In this document: positions 1 to 7,816 of the stretch, piece after piece | Layout of the letters: each line of letters begins with the position of its first letter | Position numbering within the stretch: the first letter of the stretch is position 1 | Source of the DNA: a virus | Virus genome (UHGV): UHGV-0157394 | Reading direction: 5' to 3' (one strand) | Length of the DNA: 26,072 bases | The notes under the pieces: generated by a model | What the model saw: the letters and a program-made list of their open reading frames with translations, nothing else | Databases searched by the model: none | What the model was told of the DNA's origin: nothing | Translations under genes and position numbers: made by a program

Positions 1-113
1 CTGGTATCACTTAAAGGTATTAAAAACAACTTTTTGTCTTTTTACCTTCCCGTTTCGCTCAAGTTAGTATAAAAAAGCTGAACGTGAAACATTAAAAACC
101 AGTAATATCAATG

Positions 114-122
114 TGTTACAAT
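114..122 (+). promoter_or_regulatory. Candidate extended -10 promoter (TGtTACAAT), no convincing -35
   Basis: TGTTACAAT motif at 114-122 in AT-rich non-coding DNA; a strong terminator lies about 100 nt downstream on the same strand. Confidence 0.3.
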
Positions 123-224
123 ATCTTTAGTCTCAAAAATAGACTACATGATGCTACAAAACACAACATATCCAGTCACTATGAATCAACTACTTAGATA
201 GTATTAGTGACCTGAGACAGAGCA

Positions 225-264
225 TTAGCGCAAGGTGATTTTTGTCTTCTTGCGCTAATTTTTT
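225..264 (+). terminator. Intrinsic terminator: 10-bp perfect stem (TTAGCGCAAG / CTTGCGCTAA) followed by TTTTTT
   Basis: Perfect inverted repeat 225-234 and 249-258 followed by T6 at 259-264; the reverse strand lacks a U-tract, so it is plus-strand specific. Confidence 0.6.
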
Positions 265-403
265 GTTATCAAACATGTCGCACTCCAGAGAAGCACAAAG
301 CCTTGCAATCCAGTGCAAAGATTTGTGTGCCTCAGTTTTGTCTAAGTGTTCTACTGAAAACATAGTAAAATCGGCAACGGCTGGAAATCATTCAATACTC
401 GCA

Positions 404-670
404 CTATCGAAAGTTCGCCAGCCAGCCGCAGCGCGTTCTTGCATACGACGTGTCTGCGGTTTTATATAATCCCAGCCGGTCCAGTTTCCAGACAATCAAC
501 TCATCTCCACTTTTCATCACCGTAATTAATTCCTTTAACACAGGGCGATTAGCTGTTCTGCCACTGGCATATTCTTCATAAATTCGCTCACAGCCAGCTG
601 ACTCAAGTGCAAGACGTTGCAACTCTGTATCCTGATGATTTGTTGATACACGAACATACCCGTAAATCAT
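404..670 (-). pseudogene. pin: Truncated serine recombinase (Pin/Gin/Hin-family DNA invertase), N-terminal about 67 aa only
   Basis: MIYGYVRVSTNHQDTELQ...LIVWKLDRLG matches the invertase N-terminus with the catalytic-serine motif YVRVST; similarity stops near nt 470 and the ORF ends after 88 aa, versus about 185-190 aa for intact invertases. Confidence 0.8.
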
Positions 671-729
671 GAGTGCTTCTCCTGTTGTAAAAACAGGAGA
701 AGAGGCGAAATATCACCTGATTCAGAAAA

Positions 730-755
730 ATATTTGAAAGGTTGGTTTGGGAGAA
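730..755 (-). promoter_or_regulatory. Candidate hix/gix/pix-like crossover site (inner site next to pin)
   Basis: Left half TTCTCCCAAACC is near-identical to the half-site at 1830-1841; the two sites are in inverted orientation. Confidence 0.4.
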
Positions 756-1100
756 GCGGCAAAACGGGATGTGGGAACAGGTTCAGGTCAGATACCGGAT
801 ATGGGAGCATTCGCTTCTGGTTCGGGATGGTTCAGGCTACCAGGTGGATATATTGTTCAGTTTGGCACTTTTTCAGGAAACACGACTCGCTTTATCAGTG
901 GACACTTCCCTATACCATTCCCTAATCAGCCAATGGTTTCAGTCAGTGTTATGTCTGATGCCGTTCAGTCAGACCCGTCGAATCCTGCCCCGCAGGTTTT
1001 GTCTGTAAATTTTGAACATATCAGTAATTCAGCGTGGCGTGTGGCAACCAGTAATATCTCACAGCAATACATATTCAGTTATATTTCGAAAGGACGGTAG
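738..1100 (+). CDS. Silent alternative tail-fibre C-terminal (receptor-binding) segment with no start codon of its own
   Basis: Open frame begins right after a TGA at 735-737 with no ATG; contains WFRLPGG...QFG, paralogous to YFELPGG...QWG in the expressed fibre; followed in the same orientation by tfa. Confidence 0.6.
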   Translation, partial: KVGLGEAAKRDVGTGSGQIPDMGAFASGSGWFRLPGGYIVQFGTFSGNTTRFISGHFPIPFPNQPMVSVSVMSDAVQSDPSNPAPQVLSVNFEHISNSAWRVATSNISQQYIFSYISKGR

Positions 1101-1102
1101 AA

Positions 1103-1528
1103 ATGCAGAAATATATTTTCAGTGCCGATAAAAATGCGTTTTTCCCTGTGGAGCTTAAAGTCGCTTATCAGGAATCCGGCGAATGGCCCGATGATGTAAT
1201 CGAAATTGACGACACTGTTGCCGCCGAATTTATGAAGGAAGCACCAGAAGGAAAATACAGAGGTGTCATCGACGAAATGCCAGCATGGATTGATATTCCA
1301 CCACCAACTCATGAGGAACAAATTGCCGCAGGCGAATTGGAAAAGCAGCAATTGATTAATCAGGTCAACGAATACATAAACAGTAAGCAGTGGCCTGGCA
1401 AATCGGTGCTTGGACGCCTGAAAGATGATGAATTAACGCAGTACAATTTATGGCTGGATTATCTTGATGCGCTGGAAGCGGTGGACGTATCCAGCGCTCC
1501 AGATATTGTTTGGCCCTCCTCAACCTAA
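1103..1528 (+). CDS. tfa: Tail fibre assembly protein (Tfa/gpU-like chaperone)
   Basis: 141-aa ORF with the typical Tfa composition and conserved C-terminal region, positioned directly after a fibre C-terminal segment. Confidence 0.85.
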   Translation: MQKYIFSADKNAFFPVELKVAYQESGEWPDDVIEIDDTVAAEFMKEAPEGKYRGVIDEMPAWIDIPPPTHEEQIAAGELEKQQLINQVNEYINSKQWPGKSVLGRLKDDELTQYNLWLDYLDALEAVDVSSAPDIVWPSST

Positions 1529-1534
1529 ATAAAA

Positions 1535-1557
1535 AGCCGCTCTACGCGGCTTTCTCT
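1535..1557. terminator. Bidirectional intrinsic terminator between convergent tfa and tail-fibre genes
   Basis: AAAAAGCCGC-tctac-GCGGCTTTCTCTT: GC stem with A-run upstream and T-run downstream. Confidence 0.5.
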
Positions 1558-2132
1558 TACATCCCGAGTGCAAAATACGTATAGCTGTCAATATTGTTTG
1601 CCGTGCCGTTTCCATTCCATCCATAAAGGCTAAAGCCAGTTAAGGTATAATTAGCTGACGTCACATACCGACCGTCAGCTGTGATTTTATGCGGAAGAAC
1701 GATAAATGGGGTGACATTAAACGGTTTTTTAAAGCTTACCGTAGCATTGGTCGCCTGAACCGAGCCGTGCCCCCATTGCAGCAGCAATCCTCCCGGTAAT
1801 TCAAAGTACCCATCAGCCTCCAGTAACCGTTCTCCAAATCCAAGGTTTTCGAGAGCCGTTTTCACCGTGCCATCCGATTTGATATCGCCAAACGGATTCT
1901 TGCGGCTTAACAGCAGCGCACGAAGCGCGGTAAGCAGCTGGTCATGCCGCCCCTTCTCCAGGCTGGCACCGGATGCCTCCACCACGCTGCAGAGTTCTTC
2001 CTGCAACATATCAAAGTAGTCATCATCCAGATCGGTGGCAGGTGTGCCGGTCTGGGGGTTACCACGGGTAAAACCGTTCTTACCCGCGCCGAACTTATCC
2101 TTCTGCGCGGTTTTCGTGTCTATACGATGCAT
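1557..2132 (-). CDS. Tail fibre protein (constant N-terminal part plus currently expressed C-terminal tip)
   Basis: 191-aa ORF at the end of the baseplate gene series; its C-terminal half is paralogous to the plus-strand fragment at 738-1100. Confidence 0.8.
   Translation of the reverse strand: MHRIDTKTAQKDKFGAGKNGFTRGNPQTGTPATDLDDDYFDMLQEELCSVVEASGASLEKGRHDQLLTALRALLLSRKNPFGDIKSDGTVKTALENLGFGERLLEADGYFELPGGLLLQWGHGSVQATNATVSFKKPFNVTPFIVLPHKITADGRYVTSANYTLTGFSLYGWNGNGTANNIDSYTYFALGM
1830..1855 (+). promoter_or_regulatory. Candidate hix/gix/pix-like crossover site inside the tail-fibre gene
   Basis: TTCTCCAAATCCAAGGTTTTCGAGAG matches about 20 of 26 positions of hixL as I recall it (TTCTTGAAAACCAAGGTTTTTGATAA); lies at the constant/variable junction of the fibre. 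Confidence 0.5.
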
Positions 2133-2135
2133 GGA

Positions 2136-2720
2136 TTACTCCGGATATTTAAAAATTACGTAGGTATGCGACGGGCAGAGTTTGTTAAGCACACACTCGA
2201 CAACGGTGTCGCCCCAGATACGCAGCGCGGAATCACAGGGATCGCCACATGTCATCCAGGTGGTGTTTGTGGCGGCTGGCATGTTGACCTGCCAGTAATA
2301 CCGCCATTCCGGCACATTCACCGCGTCAGTACAGGCCGATGAGCAGGTGAACGTGCTTATGTCGTATCGCGTGATGGTAGCGTCTGGTCTGCCCAGGGCA
2401 GCAAGCTGTGCAAGATAAAAATTCTCGTTGATGCCGCCCGCCAGGTTAACCTTCGCATCCAGCCGTTGCTGACGCTGGCGAAGGGTCTGCGTCCCTGCCG
2501 GAATACATTCATCCGGCAGACCGCACAGACGCTCCCAGCGGTTTATCAGTTCAGTGGTGGTGCGCGGATCCAGCTCCCGCATCAGGGCATCCGCACGCTG
2601 ATGAACGCGGGTTAATGACGGTGCCACACCGGCAATCGCCGGATCGCTGGCTGACCACGCCGGACCGGGGGGCAACAGTGCCGACAACAGACGGATGTAA
2701 TCATCGTTTGTCACGTCCAT
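2136..2720 (-). CDS. Mu gp48-like tail/baseplate protein (DUF2313-type; e14 YmfQ-like)
   Basis: 194-aa ORF between baseplate J and tail fibre; family resemblance from memory. Confidence 0.75.
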   Translation of the reverse strand: MDVTNDDYIRLLSALLPPGPAWSASDPAIAGVAPSLTRVHQRADALMRELDPRTTTELINRWERLCGLPDECIPAGTQTLRQRQQRLDAKVNLAGGINENFYLAQLAALGRPDATITRYDISTFTCSSACTDAVNVPEWRYYWQVNMPAATNTTWMTCGDPCDSALRIWGDTVVECVLNKLCPSHTYVIFKYPE

Positions 2721-3769
2721 GAAATCGTCCCCAGAACCGCCAGTTCATTTTTTGCAATGGAGATATTATCTGCCGGTGCAAGCAACTGATGGCTGTATTC
2801 CCCGTTCGCACCGGAAATCGCCTCACTGATACGCGATACCTTCAGTTCTCCCTGCGGATAACCATCACGCAGCAGGAACGAACGCAACTCCGCGGTGATG
2901 GCAGCCCGTATTTCCGGTGTATCCGGCGTCACACGGATATGAAAATCCACCGTATGCGCCACCGGCCTGAACACATACAAATCAGAGCCTGCCACCGGGG
3001 CCAGCGGCCCGATATGTTGTCTTGCCGCCGTTTCCGTTGATTCTTCCGGAATGGGATTAATCAGGTCACTACTGGCAATCATCACACCGACAGTCCCCGT
3101 TCCCATCCAGTGACGGTATGCCCATGCGCGGGTAATGCCGGGCACTTCTTTAGCCCAGACGACATAGTCCCCGTCAGCCCCGCCCTGCGGCGTCCAGTAA
3201 TACCGCTCAATGACGCGGGCGCGCCACGTTTCCAGATCTTCAGTATCAAATCCACCTGTCAGGGTATCTGCCACACCGGAAGACGGCAGACCATTCACCG
3301 GCGTGACCAGGATTAATGCCGTACCGTCGTCAGCGTTACCGACCGCGCCTGCAGTTGAACAGGCGATCGGCAGGCGCAGGACACCACCGGAGCTGGTTGC
3401 ATCGGCAGTTGCCGTGTACTGAACCAGGTCATCGCGCTGAATAACACTTCCGGCGGTCACCTTCAGGCCATCGCTGACACCTTCCCAGCGCATATACCCG
3501 CTGGCAGCCGTGGCCCCCTTGCGCGGACACCGTTTCATCGCAGCATGTCGCGCCAGCCAGAACTCATCGCACAGGTCAGGCAGCATGTTCATTGCCAGAT
3601 AATCGATGTACCCGTAAACCGTATGCAGCGCCGCCGCATACACCTTTGCCCGCACGTCTTCATCCATGCGCCGGAGCGTGTCGCTGACGTCCAGCCTGGC
3701 GAATAAATCGTTACGGAGCATACTGATATTTTCTGCCAGCGTCGGGCGCTGAAATTCACTGTCCGCCAT
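2711..3769 (-). CDS. Baseplate J-like protein (Mu gp47-like)
   Basis: 352-aa ORF in conserved Mu-like baseplate order. Confidence 0.85.
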   Translation of the reverse strand: MADSEFQRPTLAENISMLRNDLFARLDVSDTLRRMDEDVRAKVYAAALHTVYGYIDYLAMNMLPDLCDEFWLARHAAMKRCPRKGATAASGYMRWEGVSDGLKVTAGSVIQRDDLVQYTATADATSSGGVLRLPIACSTAGAVGNADDGTALILVTPVNGLPSSGVADTLTGGFDTEDLETWRARVIERYYWTPQGGADGDYVVWAKEVPGITRAWAYRHWMGTGTVGVMIASSDLINPIPEESTETAARQHIGPLAPVAGSDLYVFRPVAHTVDFHIRVTPDTPEIRAAITAELRSFLLRDGYPQGELKVSRISEAISGANGEYSHQLLAPADNISIAKNELAVLGTISWT

Positions 3770-4184
3770 GCGTTATCGCACTCCACAGATCATCAAAAGA
3801 AATCATTACCGGTCCGTCACGACGCCAGAGAGTGATACTGTTACCCAGTTCATTAATCCCGGTGCGGCGGATATCCAGATCAATACGGGACACCACGCCG
3901 TCATCAATCATCCATTGCAGGCATTCGCGGATATACCCCCTTACCGTCTGCACCAGCTGATTGGTCAGTTTGCTGCGCTGAAGCAGCCACAGTCGGGAGC
4001 CGTAACGGTCATTCTGTACCGCAGGCCAGGTATCCCCCCACCATCCCATCGGGACTTCGGCGTTGTCATCAGGCTCCGCCCGCCGCCAGGTAAACAGGGA
4101 AATCACCACGGCGCGGGTCAGCGGATCCAGTTGTGCGCTGGCGCAGGTGCGTTTACCGTTCACCGTCAGCCACAGTTCCATCAT
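3756..4184 (-). CDS. Mu gp46-like baseplate protein
   Basis: 142-aa ORF between baseplate V and J homologues. Confidence 0.75.
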   Translation of the reverse strand: MMELWLTVNGKRTCASAQLDPLTRAVVISLFTWRRAEPDDNAEVPMGWWGDTWPAVQNDRYGSRLWLLQRSKLTNQLVQTVRGYIRECLQWMIDDGVVSRIDLDIRRTGINELGNSITLWRRDGPVMISFDDLWSAITHGGQ

Positions 4185-4729
4185 GCCTCCATCACTTTAT
4201 CAGGTTTGTCGGTGTTACTGCCCTGACCGTTCTCTCTGTGACGATGCCCGTTATAGGCAAGCCGCATCGCTGACATGGTGGTGCCGGTGGAGTCGCACAG
4301 GTCTTTCACCTGTCCGGTCACTTCCAGGTCCATTTCAAAACGTGCCTTAGGCGCATTGCGAAACGTGATCGTTTTACCTGCACCGTCCACCACGATCCCC
4401 TCCCGGGCCAGCGTCACGGACTGCCCCTGATCGTCATAGACAGCCACCTCACCCGTCTGCAGCCCTTTCAGGCGGTAGCGCCGGTCCGACACCGTAACAA
4501 CCACCGCATGAGAACGGTCGCCATCCGGAAACAACACCACCGCTTCCGCACCGCTGTTTGCCCTTGCGGTAAAACCGTAGGGTTCAAGATGTTCAACCCC
4601 GGCTTTGGGTTCACCGGCAATCAGGGACACATCCACGGTCTGACATTTCGTGGCGGCACTGATGCTTTTCACCACGGCCCGCCCAATCAGGCCGAGGAGT
4701 TGTCGCTGCATGGCTTCAATCGTCCTCAT
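4181..4729 (-). CDS. Baseplate assembly protein V / spike (Mu gp45-like)
   Basis: 182-aa ORF, translationally coupled to flanking baseplate genes. Confidence 0.8.
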   Translation of the reverse strand: MRTIEAMQRQLLGLIGRAVVKSISAATKCQTVDVSLIAGEPKAGVEHLEPYGFTARANSGAEAVVLFPDGDRSHAVVVTVSDRRYRLKGLQTGEVAVYDDQGQSVTLAREGIVVDGAGKTITFRNAPKARFEMDLEVTGQVKDLCDSTGTTMSAMRLAYNGHRHRENGQGSNTDKPDKVMEA

Positions 4730-5808
4730 CAGAACGGGTCCTCCTGTACTCTGGCTTTTTTCTTTTTCCGCGCGCCGGGGGCTTCGGGTTCAGGCAGATA
4801 AGCATCAGGCGGGCCGACACGGATTTCCGTCAGGGTGCCGTTCTGGTCCTGAGTAAACGTGACTTCCGAAACAAGCAGTTCGGTATTGTCGAAACCACAG
4901 ACCGGATCAAAGACAATCACCCGCTGGTTGGGCTGCCACAGCGTACCGTTACCCTGTCGCCAGCCCTGCACCACATAGGTGGTTTCATCCGTCCGCGCCG
5001 CCCGTTGCCGGGCTTCAAAGTCAGCACGGGCAATACAGCCAGCCCCCGTAGCCTGCCCTGTCTGCCTGATATACATCGGACGGTAACGGGCAATAAATGC
5101 GTCCTCTGTGCGGGCCCGCAGCGCGGTGGTGGTGGCCTCACCGAAATCATCGTCGTTTCCGGCACGCTGCCCCGCCACCTGGTAAACAGAAAACCGCTCC
5201 CGGATACTCTTCTCCGTATCGCAGGAAAGGATGTTTTCCCCGAGTACCAGCGCAGTATGTGCCCGCGTTGAGCCAATACCGCCAATCACCAGCCTGCCGT
5301 GCGGGTCGTCGTAAGCCAGTGCCTGCTGCTGACCGAGTATTTTGTTGATTACCTCAATCACCGTTTCACCGTGATCAGGCTGGACATCAGGAATAACACC
5401 CGACGGCGCACCGTTGTTCACCACCTCAATGCCGAAAGGCGCAGCAAGCACCTGCGCAATCTGTACCAGCGATCGTCCGTTAAACTGTGTCGGTTCGGCT
5501 GCACAGTCAATCAGGTCAGCGGTCAGACTGCGTCCGGCAATACCGGTGCTGACCGAACGGGCATCGTAACGAACGGGCGTCGCCTCCACCCAGCCGGTGA
5601 TCACCAGCTCATCACCAATCAGCACCTCCACTTTTGAACCGTTTTTAATGCGCGGCTGAAGCGTGGTAATACCCTCATCTCCCGGCCACTGGCGGGTGAT
5701 CTCCACACTGAAATCCCGCGCCAGCCGTTCAATACCGGCACCGATGCGCACCGATGTCCAGCCATTCCACTCCCGGCCATTTACCCGTAGCGTGACATTG
5801 TCGTTCAT
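4729..5808 (-). CDS. Mu gpP-like tail/baseplate hub protein (gp44 family)
   Basis: 359-aa ORF downstream of the DNA-circulation protein, as in Mu. Confidence 0.85.
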   Translation of the reverse strand: MNDNVTLRVNGREWNGWTSVRIGAGIERLARDFSVEITRQWPGDEGITTLQPRIKNGSKVEVLIGDELVITGWVEATPVRYDARSVSTGIAGRSLTADLIDCAAEPTQFNGRSLVQIAQVLAAPFGIEVVNNGAPSGVIPDVQPDHGETVIEVINKILGQQQALAYDDPHGRLVIGGIGSTRAHTALVLGENILSCDTEKSIRERFSVYQVAGQRAGNDDDFGEATTTALRARTEDAFIARYRPMYIRQTGQATGAGCIARADFEARQRAARTDETTYVVQGWRQGNGTLWQPNQRVIVFDPVCGFDNTELLVSEVTFTQDQNGTLTEIRVGPPDAYLPEPEAPGARKKKKARVQEDPF

Positions 5809-7133
5809 TGCACTGGCACCTTCAGAGGGATCACCGGCACAAAGCCGGGATGCGTAATGGCATTACGCCGGATAATGTCCGCGTCACGCGCCGCGTTATC
5901 AAACCAGGTCGCCGCCAGCACCAGCGCGGGTAAAACCTCATCCGGTGTGCGCTGAATGATCCGTGCAGACTGTTCAAGGCGCGTGTTGATATCCGCATTC
6001 AGATCTGCTTTCACCCGGCGCAGCGCCAGAAACAGCGCATCACTGGTTGTACGGGACAACTCCTTATCAATTGCCGTATTCAGTGTGTCGCGAATGTCAG
6101 TCAGTTCTTCCCACGTCGGCAGGTCAACCGTGTTTTTCACCGCCGGTGCATTGTTCAGTGCCGGATGCGTGACGGAAGGCCAGCCAGTGCTCTGCGCAGG
6201 TGTTGTTGCCTGCCCCACTGCGGAATTCTGCATCACCGCGGAAGTTGTTGGCGCAGGCAATCGGGTGACGGCATACGCCGCTTCGCTGATTGCGGTCGTA
6301 CGAAGGGTGCTGGCAACCACGTTACGCTGCTGCGTCGCCGTGGCGGTGGTTTTACTGTCCGTTTTCCAGACGCCGCGCGGTTGCAGATCGCTGCCGAGGC
6401 TGACACCGGAAAGCGTTTTGATCATGGTGACCAGGTCGCTGGCGTTACCATAAAGGCGTTTCCCGGTACGCCACATTTTCTGCACCTGCTCAACGAAATT
6501 TTTGCCTGACGATGGCGGCGGCAGAAGTACCGAGATATCCCCCTGCAACAGCCTGGCGGCATCCGATACGGCAGAATCCACCACTTTCATCGCATCAGAA
6601 ACATACCCCAGCATTATGCTGGCATTACCGATAACGTCGTTCTGCACGAAATCCGCCACACCATCGATACTGAAACCGCTGAAGCTGTCACTGATGCAGT
6701 CATCCAGTGCAGAACAGGATGACATCAGCGTCTGCGCCGTCGCCGCACCTGATGTGGGGTAAGAGAGTTCTCCTGCTTCGACAAACTTCAGGTCAAAGCG
6801 GACAATACGCCCTTCATTTTTCGATGTGCTGACCCGAACTTCCCCGTCAACACAGACTTTCAGCTCACCATATGTCGGGTGGACCAGCGTGCCGGGACCG
6901 GGTTTATTCAGCGCGTCAATCAGGCGATCGCGCTGGTCAAAGCAGTCATCTCCCACCACATAAGCTGTGATGGACGGGCGGAAAGTGACTTTTCCCAGAT
7001 CTTCGGTATAGGGCTTGTCGCGGTTCGGGTATTCATGTGTTTCCACACGGCGACCGGTTCCCGCACTTTCTTCTTCAACCTTAAACGGCACACCTCGAAA
7101 TGACGCATCCTGAAGCCTGTCTTTCCACGTCAT
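5805..7133 (-). CDS. Phage DNA circulation protein (Mu gpN/gp43-like)
   Basis: About 442 aa; likely true start is the ATG at 7133 preceded by GGAG (the track begins at an upstream GTG at 7139); follows tape measure as in Mu. Confidence 0.85.
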   Translation of the reverse strand: MTWKDRLQDASFRGVPFKVEEESAGTGRRVETHEYPNRDKPYTEDLGKVTFRPSITAYVVGDDCFDQRDRLIDALNKPGPGTLVHPTYGELKVCVDGEVRVSTSKNEGRIVRFDLKFVEAGELSYPTSGAATAQTLMSSCSALDDCISDSFSGFSIDGVADFVQNDVIGNASIMLGYVSDAMKVVDSAVSDAARLLQGDISVLLPPPSSGKNFVEQVQKMWRTGKRLYGNASDLVTMIKTLSGVSLGSDLQPRGVWKTDSKTTATATQQRNVVASTLRTTAISEAAYAVTRLPAPTTSAVMQNSAVGQATTPAQSTGWPSVTHPALNNAPAVKNTVDLPTWEELTDIRDTLNTAIDKELSRTTSDALFLALRRVKADLNADINTRLEQSARIIQRTPDEVLPALVLAATWFDNAARDADIIRRNAITHPGFVPVIPLKVPVQ

Positions 7134-7143
7134 ATACACTCCG

Positions 7144-7174
7144 AAAATAAAAAAGCCACCTATTAGAAGGTGGC
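7144..7174 (-). terminator. Intrinsic terminator closing the low-GC moron cassette
   Basis: On the minus strand GCCACC-ttctaata-GGTGGC followed by TTTTTTATTTT. Confidence 0.7.
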
Positions 7175-7194
7175 CTTGTAATGAATTTTATTAA

Positions 7195-7725
7195 TTAGCG
7201 AGTCAGAAACAACGAATCTTTATACTTTTGCTGTTGTTCATTTAAATACTTAGCTGTTTCATCGCTGGCAAATGGAAATATTACCGTATTTTTAGGCATG
7301 GTAATTTCTTTTTTGTCCAGCGTCAGAGTAAACATAGGAACATACTGAGCAGAGTAACGCACCGCAGAAACGAGCTCTAGTTTAGACTCTTCAATAACAC
7401 TTAAATTATCCAGGCTAACTTTCTCTTCATCTTTTTTCTTTGACGCATTTAAAGTTTTTATTACTTTATTTAATTTCTCCTGAAAATCCTCCTTAAAGTT
7501 TTCAGGATTGCCGTCGACAACAAGAATCTGTTCACCCTGATTATCTGGAAAAATAATCTTTGCACTTATCAATTTATTTTCTTTATAAACATCACCAAGT
7601 TTTATGGCTCCTCCAGATAACTGAATAATATGTTCATCTTTAAAGGAGATGTTGCCAGAGATTATGAGAGATGAAAAAATAGCCGCTGCTCCAAGAATTA
7701 CACTTGCTGTGATATAGCCTTTCAT
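7195..7725 (-). CDS. Moron gene: exported or membrane-anchored protein of unknown function (176 aa, N-terminal signal peptide)
   Basis: ORF in a roughly 670-bp AT-rich island, far lower in GC than the flanking tail genes; N-terminus MKGYITASVILGAAAIFSSLIISG is signal-peptide-like with no lipobox; Lys/Glu-rich mature part; own promoter and terminator. Confidence 0.75.
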   Translation of the reverse strand: MKGYITASVILGAAAIFSSLIISGNISFKDEHIIQLSGGAIKLGDVYKENKLISAKIIFPDNQGEQILVVDGNPENFKEDFQEKLNKVIKTLNASKKKDEEKVSLDNLSVIEESKLELVSAVRYSAQYVPMFTLTLDKKEITMPKNTVIFPFASDETAKYLNEQQQKYKDSLFLTR

Positions 7726-7760
7726 TTTTCGCCTATTAACATTTTTCTAAATGTGCATTA

Positions 7761-7788
7761 ATTCTATCACTCTATTTATGACTTACAA
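7761..7788 (-). promoter_or_regulatory. Candidate sigma70 promoter of the moron gene (TTGTAA, 16 bp spacer, TGaTAGAAT extended -10)
   Basis: Motifs read on the minus strand about 35 nt upstream of the ATG at 7725. Confidence 0.4.
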
Positions 7789-7816
7789 CCAGCAATACAT
7801 GTGAGGGGAATCCTGG

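Noticed and set aside
149-202. 17-codon ORF (MMLQNTTYPVTMNQLLR) inside the putative sRNA region
   Set aside because: No Shine-Dalgarno sequence and too short to judge; the region is more plausibly non-coding
242-469. 75-aa plus-strand ORF in the left flank
   Set aside because: It starts inside the terminator hairpin at 225-264, has no RBS, has an odd Cys/Ser-rich composition and occupies the remnant of the pin gene on the other strand; most likely not a gene
404-670. Intact, functional Pin invertase
   Set aside because: Homology to serine invertases stops after about 67 residues and the ORF terminates at 88 aa; I could not recover a convincing C-terminal helix-turn-helix region in any frame, so I call it a pseudogene
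734-1008. Plus-strand ORFs 734..925 and 742..1008 overlapping the alternative tail-fibre segment
   Set aside because: They are alternative frames of the same DNA; only the 738..1100 frame gives the fibre-like LPGG...QFG domain and continues in frame from the hix-like site
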